From an archaeon (GTDB lineage: Archaea > Iainarchaeota > Iainarchaeia > Iainarchaeales > CSSED10-239), in the NCBI GenBank assembly GCA_041657425.1, contig JBBABY010000005.1, positions 1 through 32,000 on the forward strand: a stretch of DNA of 32,000 bases, written 5' to 3'. Positions 16,079 to 24,678 of the stretch are shown in pieces. The position numbers were made by a program, and so were the translations under genes. The number at the start of each line of letters is the position of its first letter. Positions within the stretch are counted from its first letter, which is position 1. The notes under the pieces were generated by a model. That model was not told where the DNA came from. It did not search any database and saw only the letters and a list, made by a program, of their open reading frames with translations.

Positions 16079-16924
16079 ATGGATAATGCTTTAAAGGATA
16101 AATATTTTTTATTTTCATTCTTATTTTTATTTTTGTTTGTACAGTTACTAGGGTTAGTAATTGCGTTCTATTATATCCCTCAAGACTTACAACTAACAAT
16201 AGTCAATAAAGATCCAAATAGTGTTTGGAATGCTGTTTTTATTGTTGGGTACATTATTTTCTTTACAGCACTAATAATTATTTTAAAACATTTTTTCAAA
16301 TCTCAAAATTATCTTTTCGTTATTGAGTTCTTGGCGCTATTCTCAGGTGTTTCTTTAGTTTTTGGAATAATCTTGCCAAGCTTGTTAGCTTACTTAGCAA
16401 CAATTTATCTTTTAATTTTAAAATACACTTTCAAGAAAGAAAACTTTTATACAAAATGGTATAACAACATCTTGCTTGCAATTGCAATTTCAGGAGCAGG
16501 AACATTAATTGGGTTAAGTCTAGGAATAATTCCTGTAATTGTTCTGTTAGTTCTTCTTGCAATTTATGATATCGTTGCAGTGTTCTATACAAAGCACATG
16601 ATTACTCTTGCAAATATGATAATTACAAAAAAAATATCATTAATATTTATTCTTCCTGCAAAGAAAAGAGAATATAAATTAGGCGGCGGAGACTTAGTAA
16701 TTCCTGCAGTTGTCTCTGCAAGTTTGTTTATGTTATTAATTAAAACACACACACTTCTTCAAACACTAATTCCCGTTGTTTGCGTATGGATTGCTTCAAT
16801 TATAGGTTTAGTAATTACTTTTTATATTCTTGACAAGTACAAAAAAAAAGTAAGAGCATTACCTGCTCTTCCAATACAAGTTGCATTAATGGTAATTGTA
16901 ATTATTGTGACTCTTGTAATTTAA
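16079..16924 (+). CDS. Presenilin / signal-peptide-peptidase family (A22) intramembrane aspartyl protease homologue
   Basis: It is polytopic, with YD (LLAIYDIVAVFYTKHM), GxGD (LGGGDLVIP) and PAL (ALPALPIQ) motifs in the canonical order. Confidence 0.75.
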   Translation: MDNALKDKYFLFSFLFLFLFVQLLGLVIAFYYIPQDLQLTIVNKDPNSVWNAVFIVGYIIFFTALIIILKHFFKSQNYLFVIEFLALFSGVSLVFGIILPSLLAYLATIYLLILKYTFKKENFYTKWYNNILLAIAISGAGTLIGLSLGIIPVIVLLVLLAIYDIVAVFYTKHMITLANMIITKKISLIFILPAKKREYKLGGGDLVIPAVVSASLFMLLIKTHTLLQTLIPVVCVWIASIIGLVITFYILDKYKKKVRALPALPIQVALMVIVIIVTLVI

Positions 16925-17328
16925 TTAGTTCTTACAAATTCACAAGTATTACTAACTTCTACGAAGTGGTGATTAATTCCTTCTACAAATGATGCGCACT
17001 GGTTTTCTTCTAGATCATCTACAAAATAACTTCTAGGGTCATTAACAGAATCACAAACCCACCCAGGGGCAATTGATTCGGATAAACAAGGGCCATTAGA
17101 AAGCATTTTACCTTTTGCAAGTGCAATTTTACATTCAGAAATACAGTTAGTAATTGCTTGTTCTTTGTACTTATTTGCTTTATCAAAACTAGAAACGAAA
17201 CTAAGTATTGCAAATCCGGCAATCAAGCAAATAACAATAATATACACATAAACAGTAATCTTTCCGGATTTAAGTAAATTTGAATTACTTGCTTTCTTTG
17301 AATTTGCTTTTTTTATTTTTTCAACCAT
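16921..17328 (-). CDS. Hypothetical membrane-anchored or secreted Cys-containing protein
   Basis: It has an N-terminal TM segment (ITVYVYIIVICLIAGFAILSFV) and 7 Cys in the extracytoplasmic part. It is convergent with the previous gene and overlaps it by 4 nt. Confidence 0.5.
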   Translation of the reverse strand: MVEKIKKANSKKASNSNLLKSGKITVYVYIIVICLIAGFAILSFVSSFDKANKYKEQAITNCISECKIALAKGKMLSNGPCLSESIAPGWVCDSVNDPRSYFVDDLEENQCASFVEGINHHFVEVSNTCEFVRTN

Positions 17329-17413
17329 TAAATAATCACATATATTCCTAATACAATAATCATTATAAGGTTATTGATTGTAATAATTTGTACAATGATA
17401 AAGAGAAATATAT

Positions 17414-18415
17414 ATGCTTGAGCACATGGGATTTAATGAGTTTACTAAAACTTTTAAAATTAAATTATCAGAAGGAAAATTATTAAAATTAGGTGCACGA
17501 AAGATAGGCGAAGTTGTTCAAGAAGATAAATACTATAAACATAAAAAAACAAATAAAATATTAAGAATAAGAAAAGAAAAAAACACAGACACTGTGCTCT
17601 ACAGTCACAGAGATATAAAACATTCAAAAGAATTTATTCATTCTCAAAAATTTACAGGAAAGATTCAGGAAGAAAAAATAAAGGTTTTAAAAAAAGAATA
17701 TAAGGAAGAAATTCAAGTAAATAAAAGAAGAAGTGTTTTTGTTTATGGTTCCGTAATAATTAATATTGATAAAGTTGATAACCTTGGAGAATTTGTAGGT
17801 TTTGTAATACTTGATAAATCAAAACGCGAAGTTATGAATTCGTTGATTGAAAAATTAGAAATTACAATAAATCCAATAAAAAGTACTTATTTTGATATGC
17901 TATTAATAAAGCAAAAACCACTAGATAGTTTTTTCTTTAAACTTTACGATATATTTGGTCAATTTGCTTATGGGATATCTTCTGGGGCATTAACAACTTT
18001 AGGAGTAATGGTTGGATTAATGGGCGCAACCGCTTCTCGTCTAGCAGTTATTGGTGGGATTTTAAGTATCGCAGTAGCAGATTCAATGTCTGATGCCATA
18101 GGGGTTTATTCTCTTAAGAAATCTGAAAGAGGGACTAGTCAAAAGCAAGCAGTGAAATCTGGATTGAATGTTTTCTTTGGGAAATTTGTATTCGCATTGA
18201 CTTTCTTAATTCCTTTTCTTTTATTTTCACTAGTGACTGCAATAATAATTAGCATAATTTGGGGAATAATGGCAATAATTTTCTTAAATCTATTAATTGC
18301 AATTGCTCAAGAAGAAAAAATTGGAAAAACAATTTTAAGAAACACAGCAATTGCTATAGGTGTAATAATTTTATCCTATCTTGTAGGACTATTAATTAAT
18401 TACATTTTTAAATAG
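17414..18415 (+). CDS. Fusion protein: CYTH-like (CyaB/ThTPase-fold) N-terminal domain plus VIT1/CCC1-like transmembrane domain
   Basis: CYTH-like blocks are QEDKYY, ILRIRK and KRRSVFVYGSVIINIDKVDNLGEFVGF. VIT-like blocks are GISSGALTTLGVMVGLMGA and SIAVADSMSDAIGVY, followed by hydrophobic helices. Confidence 0.6.
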   Translation: MLEHMGFNEFTKTFKIKLSEGKLLKLGARKIGEVVQEDKYYKHKKTNKILRIRKEKNTDTVLYSHRDIKHSKEFIHSQKFTGKIQEEKIKVLKKEYKEEIQVNKRRSVFVYGSVIINIDKVDNLGEFVGFVILDKSKREVMNSLIEKLEITINPIKSTYFDMLLIKQKPLDSFFFKLYDIFGQFAYGISSGALTTLGVMVGLMGATASRLAVIGGILSIAVADSMSDAIGVYSLKKSERGTSQKQAVKSGLNVFFGKFVFALTFLIPFLLFSLVTAIIISIIWGIMAIIFLNLLIAIAQEEKIGKTILRNTAIAIGVIILSYLVGLLINYIFK

Positions 18416-18453
18416 TAAATACCTTTAAAAAGCATTTAGACTATATAATATAT

Positions 18454-18987
18454 ATGGTAAAAGCAAAGAAAGAACAGGAAAAATCAACACCAAGTTTAAA
18501 AGGCATTGACGCAAAAGCATCTAAATCCAAAGATACAGAAACAGTAGTTTCTAAATCTAAAGACTTAGAAAAATTAGATCTTGATTATAATAAACTTTTA
18601 GATCGTCTATATATGGCACTGCCTGCAAAGACTAAAGAAACAACAAGATTTGAATTGCCAAGAGCTCAATCAATAATACAAGGTAAGCAAACCATTTGGA
18701 AGAATTTTGTTAAAGTTGCAAAAGATCTAAATAGAGATACTGATTTATTATATAAATTCGTTATGAAAGAAATAAGTACTTCTTCAACAATTGTAAATAA
18801 TCAATCTTTAGTTTTAAATGGAGTTTTTGACTATAATAAAATAAATGCAATACTTGATAAGTTCATAAACACGCACGTGTTATGTTCTGCATGTAAGAAG
18901 CCAGATACTCAAATTGTTTCTCAAAAAAATATAAAAGTGTTAAAATGTACTGCTTGTGGGGCAGTAACCCCACTTCCAAAGTTATAA
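18454..18987 (+). CDS. eif2b: Translation initiation factor aIF2 beta subunit
   Basis: It has an eIF2-beta/eIF5-type core (RFELPRAQSIIQGKQTIWKNFVKVAKDLNRD..LYKFVMKEISTS) and the zinc ribbon CSACKKPDT...CTACG. Confidence 0.9.
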   Translation: MVKAKKEQEKSTPSLKGIDAKASKSKDTETVVSKSKDLEKLDLDYNKLLDRLYMALPAKTKETTRFELPRAQSIIQGKQTIWKNFVKVAKDLNRDTDLLYKFVMKEISTSSTIVNNQSLVLNGVFDYNKINAILDKFINTHVLCSACKKPDTQIVSQKNIKVLKCTACGAVTPLPKL

Positions 18988-18997
18988 GGAAAAAGAC

Positions 18998-19288
18998 ATG
19001 ATAGGAAAATTACATAATTTTGAAGGGAAACAAATATTTGCTTGTTGTGATAAAGAACTAATAGATACAAAAATAAAAACTAAAGATTTTGAAATACAGA
19101 TTTCTAAGCATTTCTATGGCACAGATAAACTGACTGAAACAGAATTATTTAATAATCTAGAAATCTGCGATTGTGCTAACATCTTTGGAAATAATATTTG
19201 TAATAGATTATTAAAGAAAAAAATAATCACAGAAGAGCAAATAATAAAAATTAATAAAATTGCACACACACAAATATATAAAATATAA
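18998..19288 (+). CDS. DUF424-family protein (conserved archaeal neighbour of aIF2-beta)
   Basis: It has the ACCDKELI...ISKHFYG...ANIFGN...INKIAHTQIYKI pattern, the expected size and the expected position. Confidence 0.65.
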   Translation: MIGKLHNFEGKQIFACCDKELIDTKIKTKDFEIQISKHFYGTDKLTETELFNNLEICDCANIFGNNICNRLLKKKIITEEQIIKINKIAHTQIYKI

Positions 19289-19325
19289 ATTGGCGTTGGC
19301 ATTGACTAAATTAAAAAGATATACA

Positions 19326-19607
19326 ATGAAACAAAGGCAGTTTACTGCAACTAATACTGAAGTGAGATCAGAAACCCACAGTCAGTTGTCTAAAGAAATG
19401 ACAAGACTTATTAAAATGATTTTCCCAGAAGGGAAAAGCTATACAAAAGGTACAAAAATAGATAAAGCAAAATCGTGTGCAAATCAATTATCAATTTTAT
19501 TACAGAAAGTAGAAAATTCAGATTTATCTAAATCAGAGAAAGACAATTTAAAAACAATAATCGCTATTAAAATAAAATATTATAAGAATTTGGAGAATGA
19601 GAAATAA
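19326..19607 (+). CDS. Hypothetical small protein
   Basis: This is a 93-aa ORF from ATG 19326; the track start 19260 overlaps the previous gene. I recognise no motifs. Confidence 0.4.
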   Translation: MKQRQFTATNTEVRSETHSQLSKEMTRLIKMIFPEGKSYTKGTKIDKAKSCANQLSILLQKVENSDLSKSEKDNLKTIIAIKIKYYKNLENEK

Positions 19608-19608
19608 A

Positions 19609-20112
19609 ATGGTATTTAATAAACCCGCAGCAAATAAAAAACCAGTTCACTTCAATAAGCAAGCAAGAGTTGCAGAAGCAGATCCTAATGCTTTTAGAAA
19701 AATGAGAACTCCTTATAGAAAGGACCTTGAGCAATATGGAAAAGTAATACAATTGATGGGTTCTAATCAAGTAAAGATAGCTTGTGAAGACGGGCAAGAC
19801 AGAATCTGTAGAATTCCAGGAAAACTATTTAAGCATGTTTGGTTAAAAGCAAACGATATAGTTATTGTAAAGTTATGGGATTTCCAATTAACTAAAGCAG
19901 ACGTTATTTGGAGATACCAAGGCTTTCAAAAGAATTATTTAGAAAAGCGCGGAGAATTAACAAAGCTTTATGAATATACTCACGACGAGATAAGTCACGC
20001 TCCTGAAAGACCAGTATATCAGGAAAGACCAAAGGTTGAAGAAAGACCAGCAGACGATTATGAATTTATTGAAAGTGAAGGTGGAGATATTATAATAGAG
20101 GAAGCAGACTAA
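19609..20112 (+). CDS. eif1a: Translation initiation factor aIF1A with extended N- and C-terminal tails
   Basis: The S1/OB core is GKVIQLMGSNQVKIACEDGQDRICRIPGKLFKHVWLKANDIVIVKLWDFQLTKADVIWRY. GGAG lies 13 nt upstream of ATG 19609. An alternative in-frame ATG is at 19597. Confidence 0.9.
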   Translation: MVFNKPAANKKPVHFNKQARVAEADPNAFRKMRTPYRKDLEQYGKVIQLMGSNQVKIACEDGQDRICRIPGKLFKHVWLKANDIVIVKLWDFQLTKADVIWRYQGFQKNYLEKRGELTKLYEYTHDEISHAPERPVYQERPKVEERPADDYEFIESEGGDIIIEEAD

Positions 20113-20144
20113 ATTCTTTTTAAAGATTATAATACAGATTAAAC

Positions 20145-20879
20145 ATGATAGAAAAAAAAAGAATAGAGAATTATGTGTTTGATGATAAGACGCACGAAGC
20201 CTTATTTAAATTATCAAACAATAGCATAATTGATTCTATTGAAACTCCTATTTCTTCAGGAAAAGAAGCAATTACTTTTATTGGCCATCTTGGAGAATCC
20301 GCGCTTGTTGCAAAAATATATAAGATAGAAACTTCTAAATTCAAAAATATGCAAAAATACATTAAGGGCGATCATAGATTTAAAAATATTGGAAAAGAAA
20401 AAAGAGATATAATCGAAGTTTGGGCAAGTAAGGAATATAAAAATTTAGCGCTTGCACTTAATAGCGGAGTAGTAGTTCCAGTACCAATTGCTAAAGAAAA
20501 AAATATTTTAATAATGTCATTAATAGGAAAAGACAATATGCCTTTTCCACAATTAGTAAAAGTTAAGTTTGATTTTGATATCGTTTATCCGCAGATAGTT
20601 GAAAACTATGCAAGAATGTTATATGGTGCAAAATTAGTTCATGCTGATTTTTCTGCGTATAATATTTTAATAGATCCTGAAACTCAAAAAATCGCAATAA
20701 TTGATGTTGGGCAATCTGTTTTACAGAACCATCCCAAAGCAAAGGACTTTTTAAAGAGAGATATTCTTAATATTACAGAGTTCTTAACTAAGAAATTTAG
20801 AGGTAAAGAAATTACTCCTGAAATGTTTTTAGAAGATATAAAAAATAAAAAAGAAGAAATATATGGAAGAGATACTTAA
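20145..20879 (+). CDS. rio1: RIO1-type serine/threonine protein kinase
   Basis: Motifs are ISSGKEAITF, VAKIYK, VWASKEYKNL, LVHADFSAYNILI and IIDVGQSV. There is no N-terminal wHTH domain. Confidence 0.9.
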   Translation: MIEKKRIENYVFDDKTHEALFKLSNNSIIDSIETPISSGKEAITFIGHLGESALVAKIYKIETSKFKNMQKYIKGDHRFKNIGKEKRDIIEVWASKEYKNLALALNSGVVVPVPIAKEKNILIMSLIGKDNMPFPQLVKVKFDFDIVYPQIVENYARMLYGAKLVHADFSAYNILIDPETQKIAIIDVGQSVLQNHPKAKDFLKRDILNITEFLTKKFRGKEITPEMFLEDIKNKKEEIYGRDT

Positions 20880-21426
20880 GGTAACTCAAAAGAGAATACC
20901 TGTAATAATTGGTCCTGGCGGATACACCAAGAGACAAATAGAAAAAGCAACACATACTCGTTTAGATATTGATAGTCACACAGGAGATATTGTTATTGTT
21001 GGCGGAACAAACTATTATGACGTTTATAATGCAAAAAAAATAGTTTCTGCAATCTCAAGAGGTTTTTCTCCAGAACACGCAATGCTAATTTTAAAAGAAG
21101 ACTACACCATTGAAGTAATTTCAATTCCTGAAGCTGTTGGAAAAAACGAAAGTCGTTTAGAACAGATTAAAGGAAGAATAATTGGTAGAGAAGGCTCAAT
21201 CAAAAACATGATTGAAAAGAAATTTAATTGTTACATAAGTGTTTTTGGTAAGACTGTTTCAATAATTGCAAGATCAGATGACATAACAAAGATTCAAGAA
21301 GTAATCGAAGCAATCATTGGTGGTTGTAAGCACACCACCGTCTTTAGACTTTTAAAGTCAGCAAAAGAACTAAAAGACTACAAAGAAGAAGAACAAACAG
21401 CAGTTGATGATATTACTTTTGAATAA
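20863..21426 (+). CDS. KH-domain RNA-binding protein (Pno1/Dim2-like)
   Basis: It has two KH-like GxxG segments (IIGPGGYTKRQIE and IIGREGSIKNMIE). It overlaps the rio1 stop by 17 nt. The aIF1A-RIO-KH arrangement is a conserved archaeal cluster. Confidence 0.8.
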   Translation: MEEILKVTQKRIPVIIGPGGYTKRQIEKATHTRLDIDSHTGDIVIVGGTNYYDVYNAKKIVSAISRGFSPEHAMLILKEDYTIEVISIPEAVGKNESRLEQIKGRIIGREGSIKNMIEKKFNCYISVFGKTVSIIARSDDITKIQEVIEAIIGGCKHTTVFRLLKSAKELKDYKEEEQTAVDDITFE

Positions 21427-21433
21427 ATTTTTT

Positions 21434-21643
21434 TTAGTTTTTTAAATCTTTTTTTTCAAAAATAAAAACATCATCTATTTTTTCATTAAAAAAATTTACT
21501 ATCTTTTTTGCAAGTTTTAACGAGGGATTATATCTTCCGCTTTCTATAAATAATATAGTTTCTCTTCTAACTCCTATTTTATTTGCAAGATCCTCTTGTG
21601 TTAAGTTAAATCTTGCTCTGAGTTCTTTAATTTTTGTTTTCAT
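21434..21643 (-). CDS. XRE-family helix-turn-helix transcriptional regulator
   Basis: [48 protein letters not shown] is a classic HTH_3 pattern. Confidence 0.85.
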   Translation of the reverse strand: MKTKIKELRARFNLTQEDLANKIGVRRETILFIESGRYNPSLKLAKKIVNFFNEKIDDVFIFEKKDLKN

Positions 21644-21644
21644 A

Positions 21645-22046
21645 TTATTCTTTAATTCCGTATTTTAAGTAATAGCTTCTTAATATTAGGTCACTTATCA
21701 GCATAAAAAATAAAATTAGAGATAATATTTGAAAAGTAGATAAAATATTTTTAAAAATTATATTTATCCAAAATAGAAGAGAAACAACAATTAATGTTAA
21801 AATCCAAGAACCAGTAATTGCTGTTTGATTTGCTTTTTTCACCATTTCGTCTATTAGTGGTTCTTTTTTAATGTAAAGTCTTATAATTCCAATTACAAAT
21901 AAACATGTTGCAAAAGTTGTAATTCCTGAAGCAACAGCATTAGGAATTAAGTTGTAAAAAGAACAAAACAATGCAACTGCTGCAAAGAAGCCGCCAAATG
22001 CCATCATTAATTTATATTTTAATTTTTTATCTTTTTTTGTTTTCAT
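21645..22046 (-). CDS. Small polytopic membrane protein co-transcribed with the XRE regulator (DUF2178-like arrangement)
   Basis: It has about 4 hydrophobic helices, and its stop is 1 nt from the regulator start. ATG 22046 (MKTKKDKK...) is preferred over the track start 22097. Confidence 0.55.
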   Translation of the reverse strand: MKTKKDKKLKYKLMMAFGGFFAAVALFCSFYNLIPNAVASGITTFATCLFVIGIIRLYIKKEPLIDEMVKKANQTAITGSWILTLIVVSLLFWINIIFKNILSTFQILSLILFFMLISDLILRSYYLKYGIKE

Positions 22047-22201
22047 AAAATCACACAAGTTATTTATATCTAACATTATATTAAATATATATAACAAAAA
22101 GAATATAAATATTTATTTTTTAACTACGGCCTATTTATAAATATAATATTTTATATATAATATTAAGATTTATTTAATTTAATTTTAATGTGTGAAAAAA
22201 C

Positions 22202-22501
22202 ATGCCTCTCAAATTTCCAAAGTTTACAAAACTAAAGGCGTTTTTTAAAAGAAAGCCAAAAGTTGAATCACAAGTGGAAATTGACATTCACACATACACT
22301 GCCCCAGTAAATGCAATCTTTCATTCAAATCATCCACCTGCACAAAAATATAAGAAACTAGAGATTATTAAAAAATATGTTTTAAATTGTAAAGAGAAGG
22401 CTGCAAGTGTTCCAAGATACTCTGAAGAACTATATCAATATGATGTACTGCTTACAAGAATAGAAGAAGTAAAAGAGCTTATTGAAAAAAAGCAAAAATA
22501 A
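22202..22501 (+). CDS. Small hypothetical protein, paralogue 1 of a tandem pair
   Basis: It is 99 aa. The N-terminus MPLKFPKFTKLKAFFKRKPKVESQVEIDIHTYTAPV is shared with the next gene. Confidence 0.55.
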   Translation: MPLKFPKFTKLKAFFKRKPKVESQVEIDIHTYTAPVNAIFHSNHPPAQKYKKLEIIKKYVLNCKEKAASVPRYSEELYQYDVLLTRIEEVKELIEKKQK

Positions 22502-22526
22502 TTACTCTAATTAAAAGTGATTTATT

Positions 22527-22838
22527 GTGCCTCTCAAATTTCCAAAGTTTACAAAATTTAAAGCGCTGTTTACAAGAAAGCCAAAAAAAGAATCACAAGT
22601 AGATATTGATATTCACACATACACAGTTCCAGTAGATCTGATTGTAAAATATAAAGAATTTAATTCTCCTGCAGAGAAATTAAAAAAGTTAAATACAATA
22701 AAGCACGCAGTAGAAAAATGCAAAGCAAAAGCAGAACTTGATCCAAAGAACTCTGAAGAATTATATAGATATGATGAACTACTTATAGAAATTGAAAGAC
22801 TTCTTAATGCAGTCTCTGCAAGAATTGCAAGGAAGTAA
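22527..22838 (+). CDS. Small hypothetical protein, paralogue 2 of a tandem pair (GTG start)
   Basis: It is 103 aa, beginning MPLKFPKFTKFKALFTRKPKKESQVDIDIHTYTVPV. The 27 nt after the start codon are identical to paralogue 1. Confidence 0.55.
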   Translation: MPLKFPKFTKFKALFTRKPKKESQVDIDIHTYTVPVDLIVKYKEFNSPAEKLKKLNTIKHAVEKCKAKAELDPKNSEELYRYDELLIEIERLLNAVSARIARK

Positions 22839-22961
22839 TTTAATTTTTTTAAAAACAAGCATCTATTTTTAAAGATTTTTCACTACAATATATATATAAA
22901 TATAATATATATACTATTATATGTTTCGAACAAAATTTAACGATTTTTATAAGTGATAATA

Positions 22962-24668
22962 ATGGCTGAAAAAGAAGTTACTAAGAAGGATACTAAGGAA
23001 GTTGCAAGAAAGGAAATAGGTGCTGACCAATTATTTACTGAGTTTAAAGAACATTCAGTAGCAGATTTCTTTAAGAAAAACAAGCAGATGCTAGGTCTTT
23101 CTGGTAAGCAAAGAACTTTAACTACAATAATACACGAGCTTGTGACCAATTCTCTTGATGCTTGTGAAGAAGCAGGCATACTTCCTGAGATTGAGGTACA
23201 CCTTTCTGAACTCGGTTCTGAATATTATGAAATTTCAGTAATGGATAATGGTCCAGGAATACCTGAAGACAAATTAGCAAGTGCTATGGGAAAACTTCTA
23301 GCAGGAACAAAATTCCATAGACTAGTACAAACAAGAGGTCAACAAGGTATTGGTGTTAGTGGAATCATTCTTTTGTCTCAAATGACAACAGGGAAACCTA
23401 CAAAAGTAATTTCTGGAACTAATACAGGAAAAACTGTTTCTATAGAAATTTCAATAGACAGTAAAACAAATACTCCAAAAGTTACAGACAAACATTATCT
23501 TGATAATAAACATAAAGGCTTAGCAGTTAAATGTAAATTTAAAGACATAGTCTATAAGAAAGGACAAAACAGCGTTGATGAATATTTAAGAAGAACAGCA
23601 ATTGCTAATCCTCACTTAACATTAAAGTTTGAAGACCCAAGTGGAGAAATTACAAAGTACACAAGAACAATTAATAAACTTCCAAGTATCCCAACAGCAG
23701 TTAAGCCTCATCCAAGAGGAGTAACAGTTGATGAAATGTTAACTTATGCAAGACATTCTCCTGCAAGAAAAGTTAATTCATTTTTAACAACAACATTTGA
23801 TAGATTTGGACAAACATCAATTGATGGTGTTCAAGCATTAGCTCATTTTGATTTAAATAAAGATCCAAAGTCATTAACTTGGGAAGAAGCAGAAGATTTA
23901 ATTAAAGCAATTAAACAAACGAAATTTATTGCGCCAAGTACAGATAATCTTGTTCCAATTGGAGAAGAGCACATACAGAAATCTCTAAAGGCAATTGTTA
24001 ATCCTGAATTTTTAGCAGTAGTTACAAGAAAACCATCAGTTTACCAAGGTGGTTATGCTTTCCAGATAGAAGCAGGAGTTGCTTATGGTGGTAATGCAGG
24101 AAGATTGATTTCTGTAGAAAAAACAAATGGTAAAGAAGTAGTGACAGAAGAAGTAAGGTCTTCTGAAATTATAAGATATGCAAACAAAGCTCCATTGTTA
24201 TTTGATGCAGGCGGTTGTGCAATAACAAAAACTGTTGAATCAGTTGAATGGAAAAGATATGGTGTGAGTAATTTTGATAATAATCCAATCACTGTTTTTA
24301 TTAATTTAATTTCAGTACACATCCCATACACTTCTGCAGGAAAGTCTGCAGTTTCTGATGACCCAGACATTGTTTCAGAAATAAAACTTGCATTAATGGA
24401 AGTTGCAAGAAAGGTTGGCTTCTACATTATTGAAAAGAAAAGAGAAGAAGAAAAGAAAGAAAAGAAAAAAGTATTTACAAAATATGCTCCGTATGTTGTA
24501 GAGGCATTAATCCACACAACTGGAGAAAAGAATAAAGAGTTACTTCTAAAAAATCTAAATAACATGGTTCTTGAAAAACTAAAGATGGAAGAAGCAGGAA
24601 TTAAAACTCCAGAAGATGAAGTTGTTGACGACGACACAGTTGCAGAAGAAGAGGAGTTTGAAGAATAG
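22962..24668 (+). CDS. top6B: DNA topoisomerase VI subunit B
   Basis: GHKL/Bergerat motifs are ELVTNSLDA, DNGPGIP and GQQGIGVSG. ATG 22962 (MAEKEV) is preferred. Confidence 0.95.
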   Translation: MAEKEVTKKDTKEVARKEIGADQLFTEFKEHSVADFFKKNKQMLGLSGKQRTLTTIIHELVTNSLDACEEAGILPEIEVHLSELGSEYYEISVMDNGPGIPEDKLASAMGKLLAGTKFHRLVQTRGQQGIGVSGIILLSQMTTGKPTKVISGTNTGKTVSIEISIDSKTNTPKVTDKHYLDNKHKGLAVKCKFKDIVYKKGQNSVDEYLRRTAIANPHLTLKFEDPSGEITKYTRTINKLPSIPTAVKPHPRGVTVDEMLTYARHSPARKVNSFLTTTFDRFGQTSIDGVQALAHFDLNKDPKSLTWEEAEDLIKAIKQTKFIAPSTDNLVPIGEEHIQKSLKAIVNPEFLAVVTRKPSVYQGGYAFQIEAGVAYGGNAGRLISVEKTNGKEVVTEEVRSSEIIRYANKAPLLFDAGGCAITKTVESVEWKRYGVSNFDNNPITVFINLISVHIPYTSAGKSAVSDDPDIVSEIKLALMEVARKVGFYIIEKKREEEKKEKKKVFTKYAPYVVEALIHTTGEKNKELLLKNLNNMVLEKLKMEEAGIKTPEDEVVDDDTVAEEEEFEE

Positions 24669-24678
24669 GTGAACAATT

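Noticed and set aside
22098-22201. AT-only inverted repeats (for example taatatt-N8-aatatta) in the divergent promoter region.
   Set aside because: Such short palindromes are expected by chance in near-pure A/T sequence and have no second copy.
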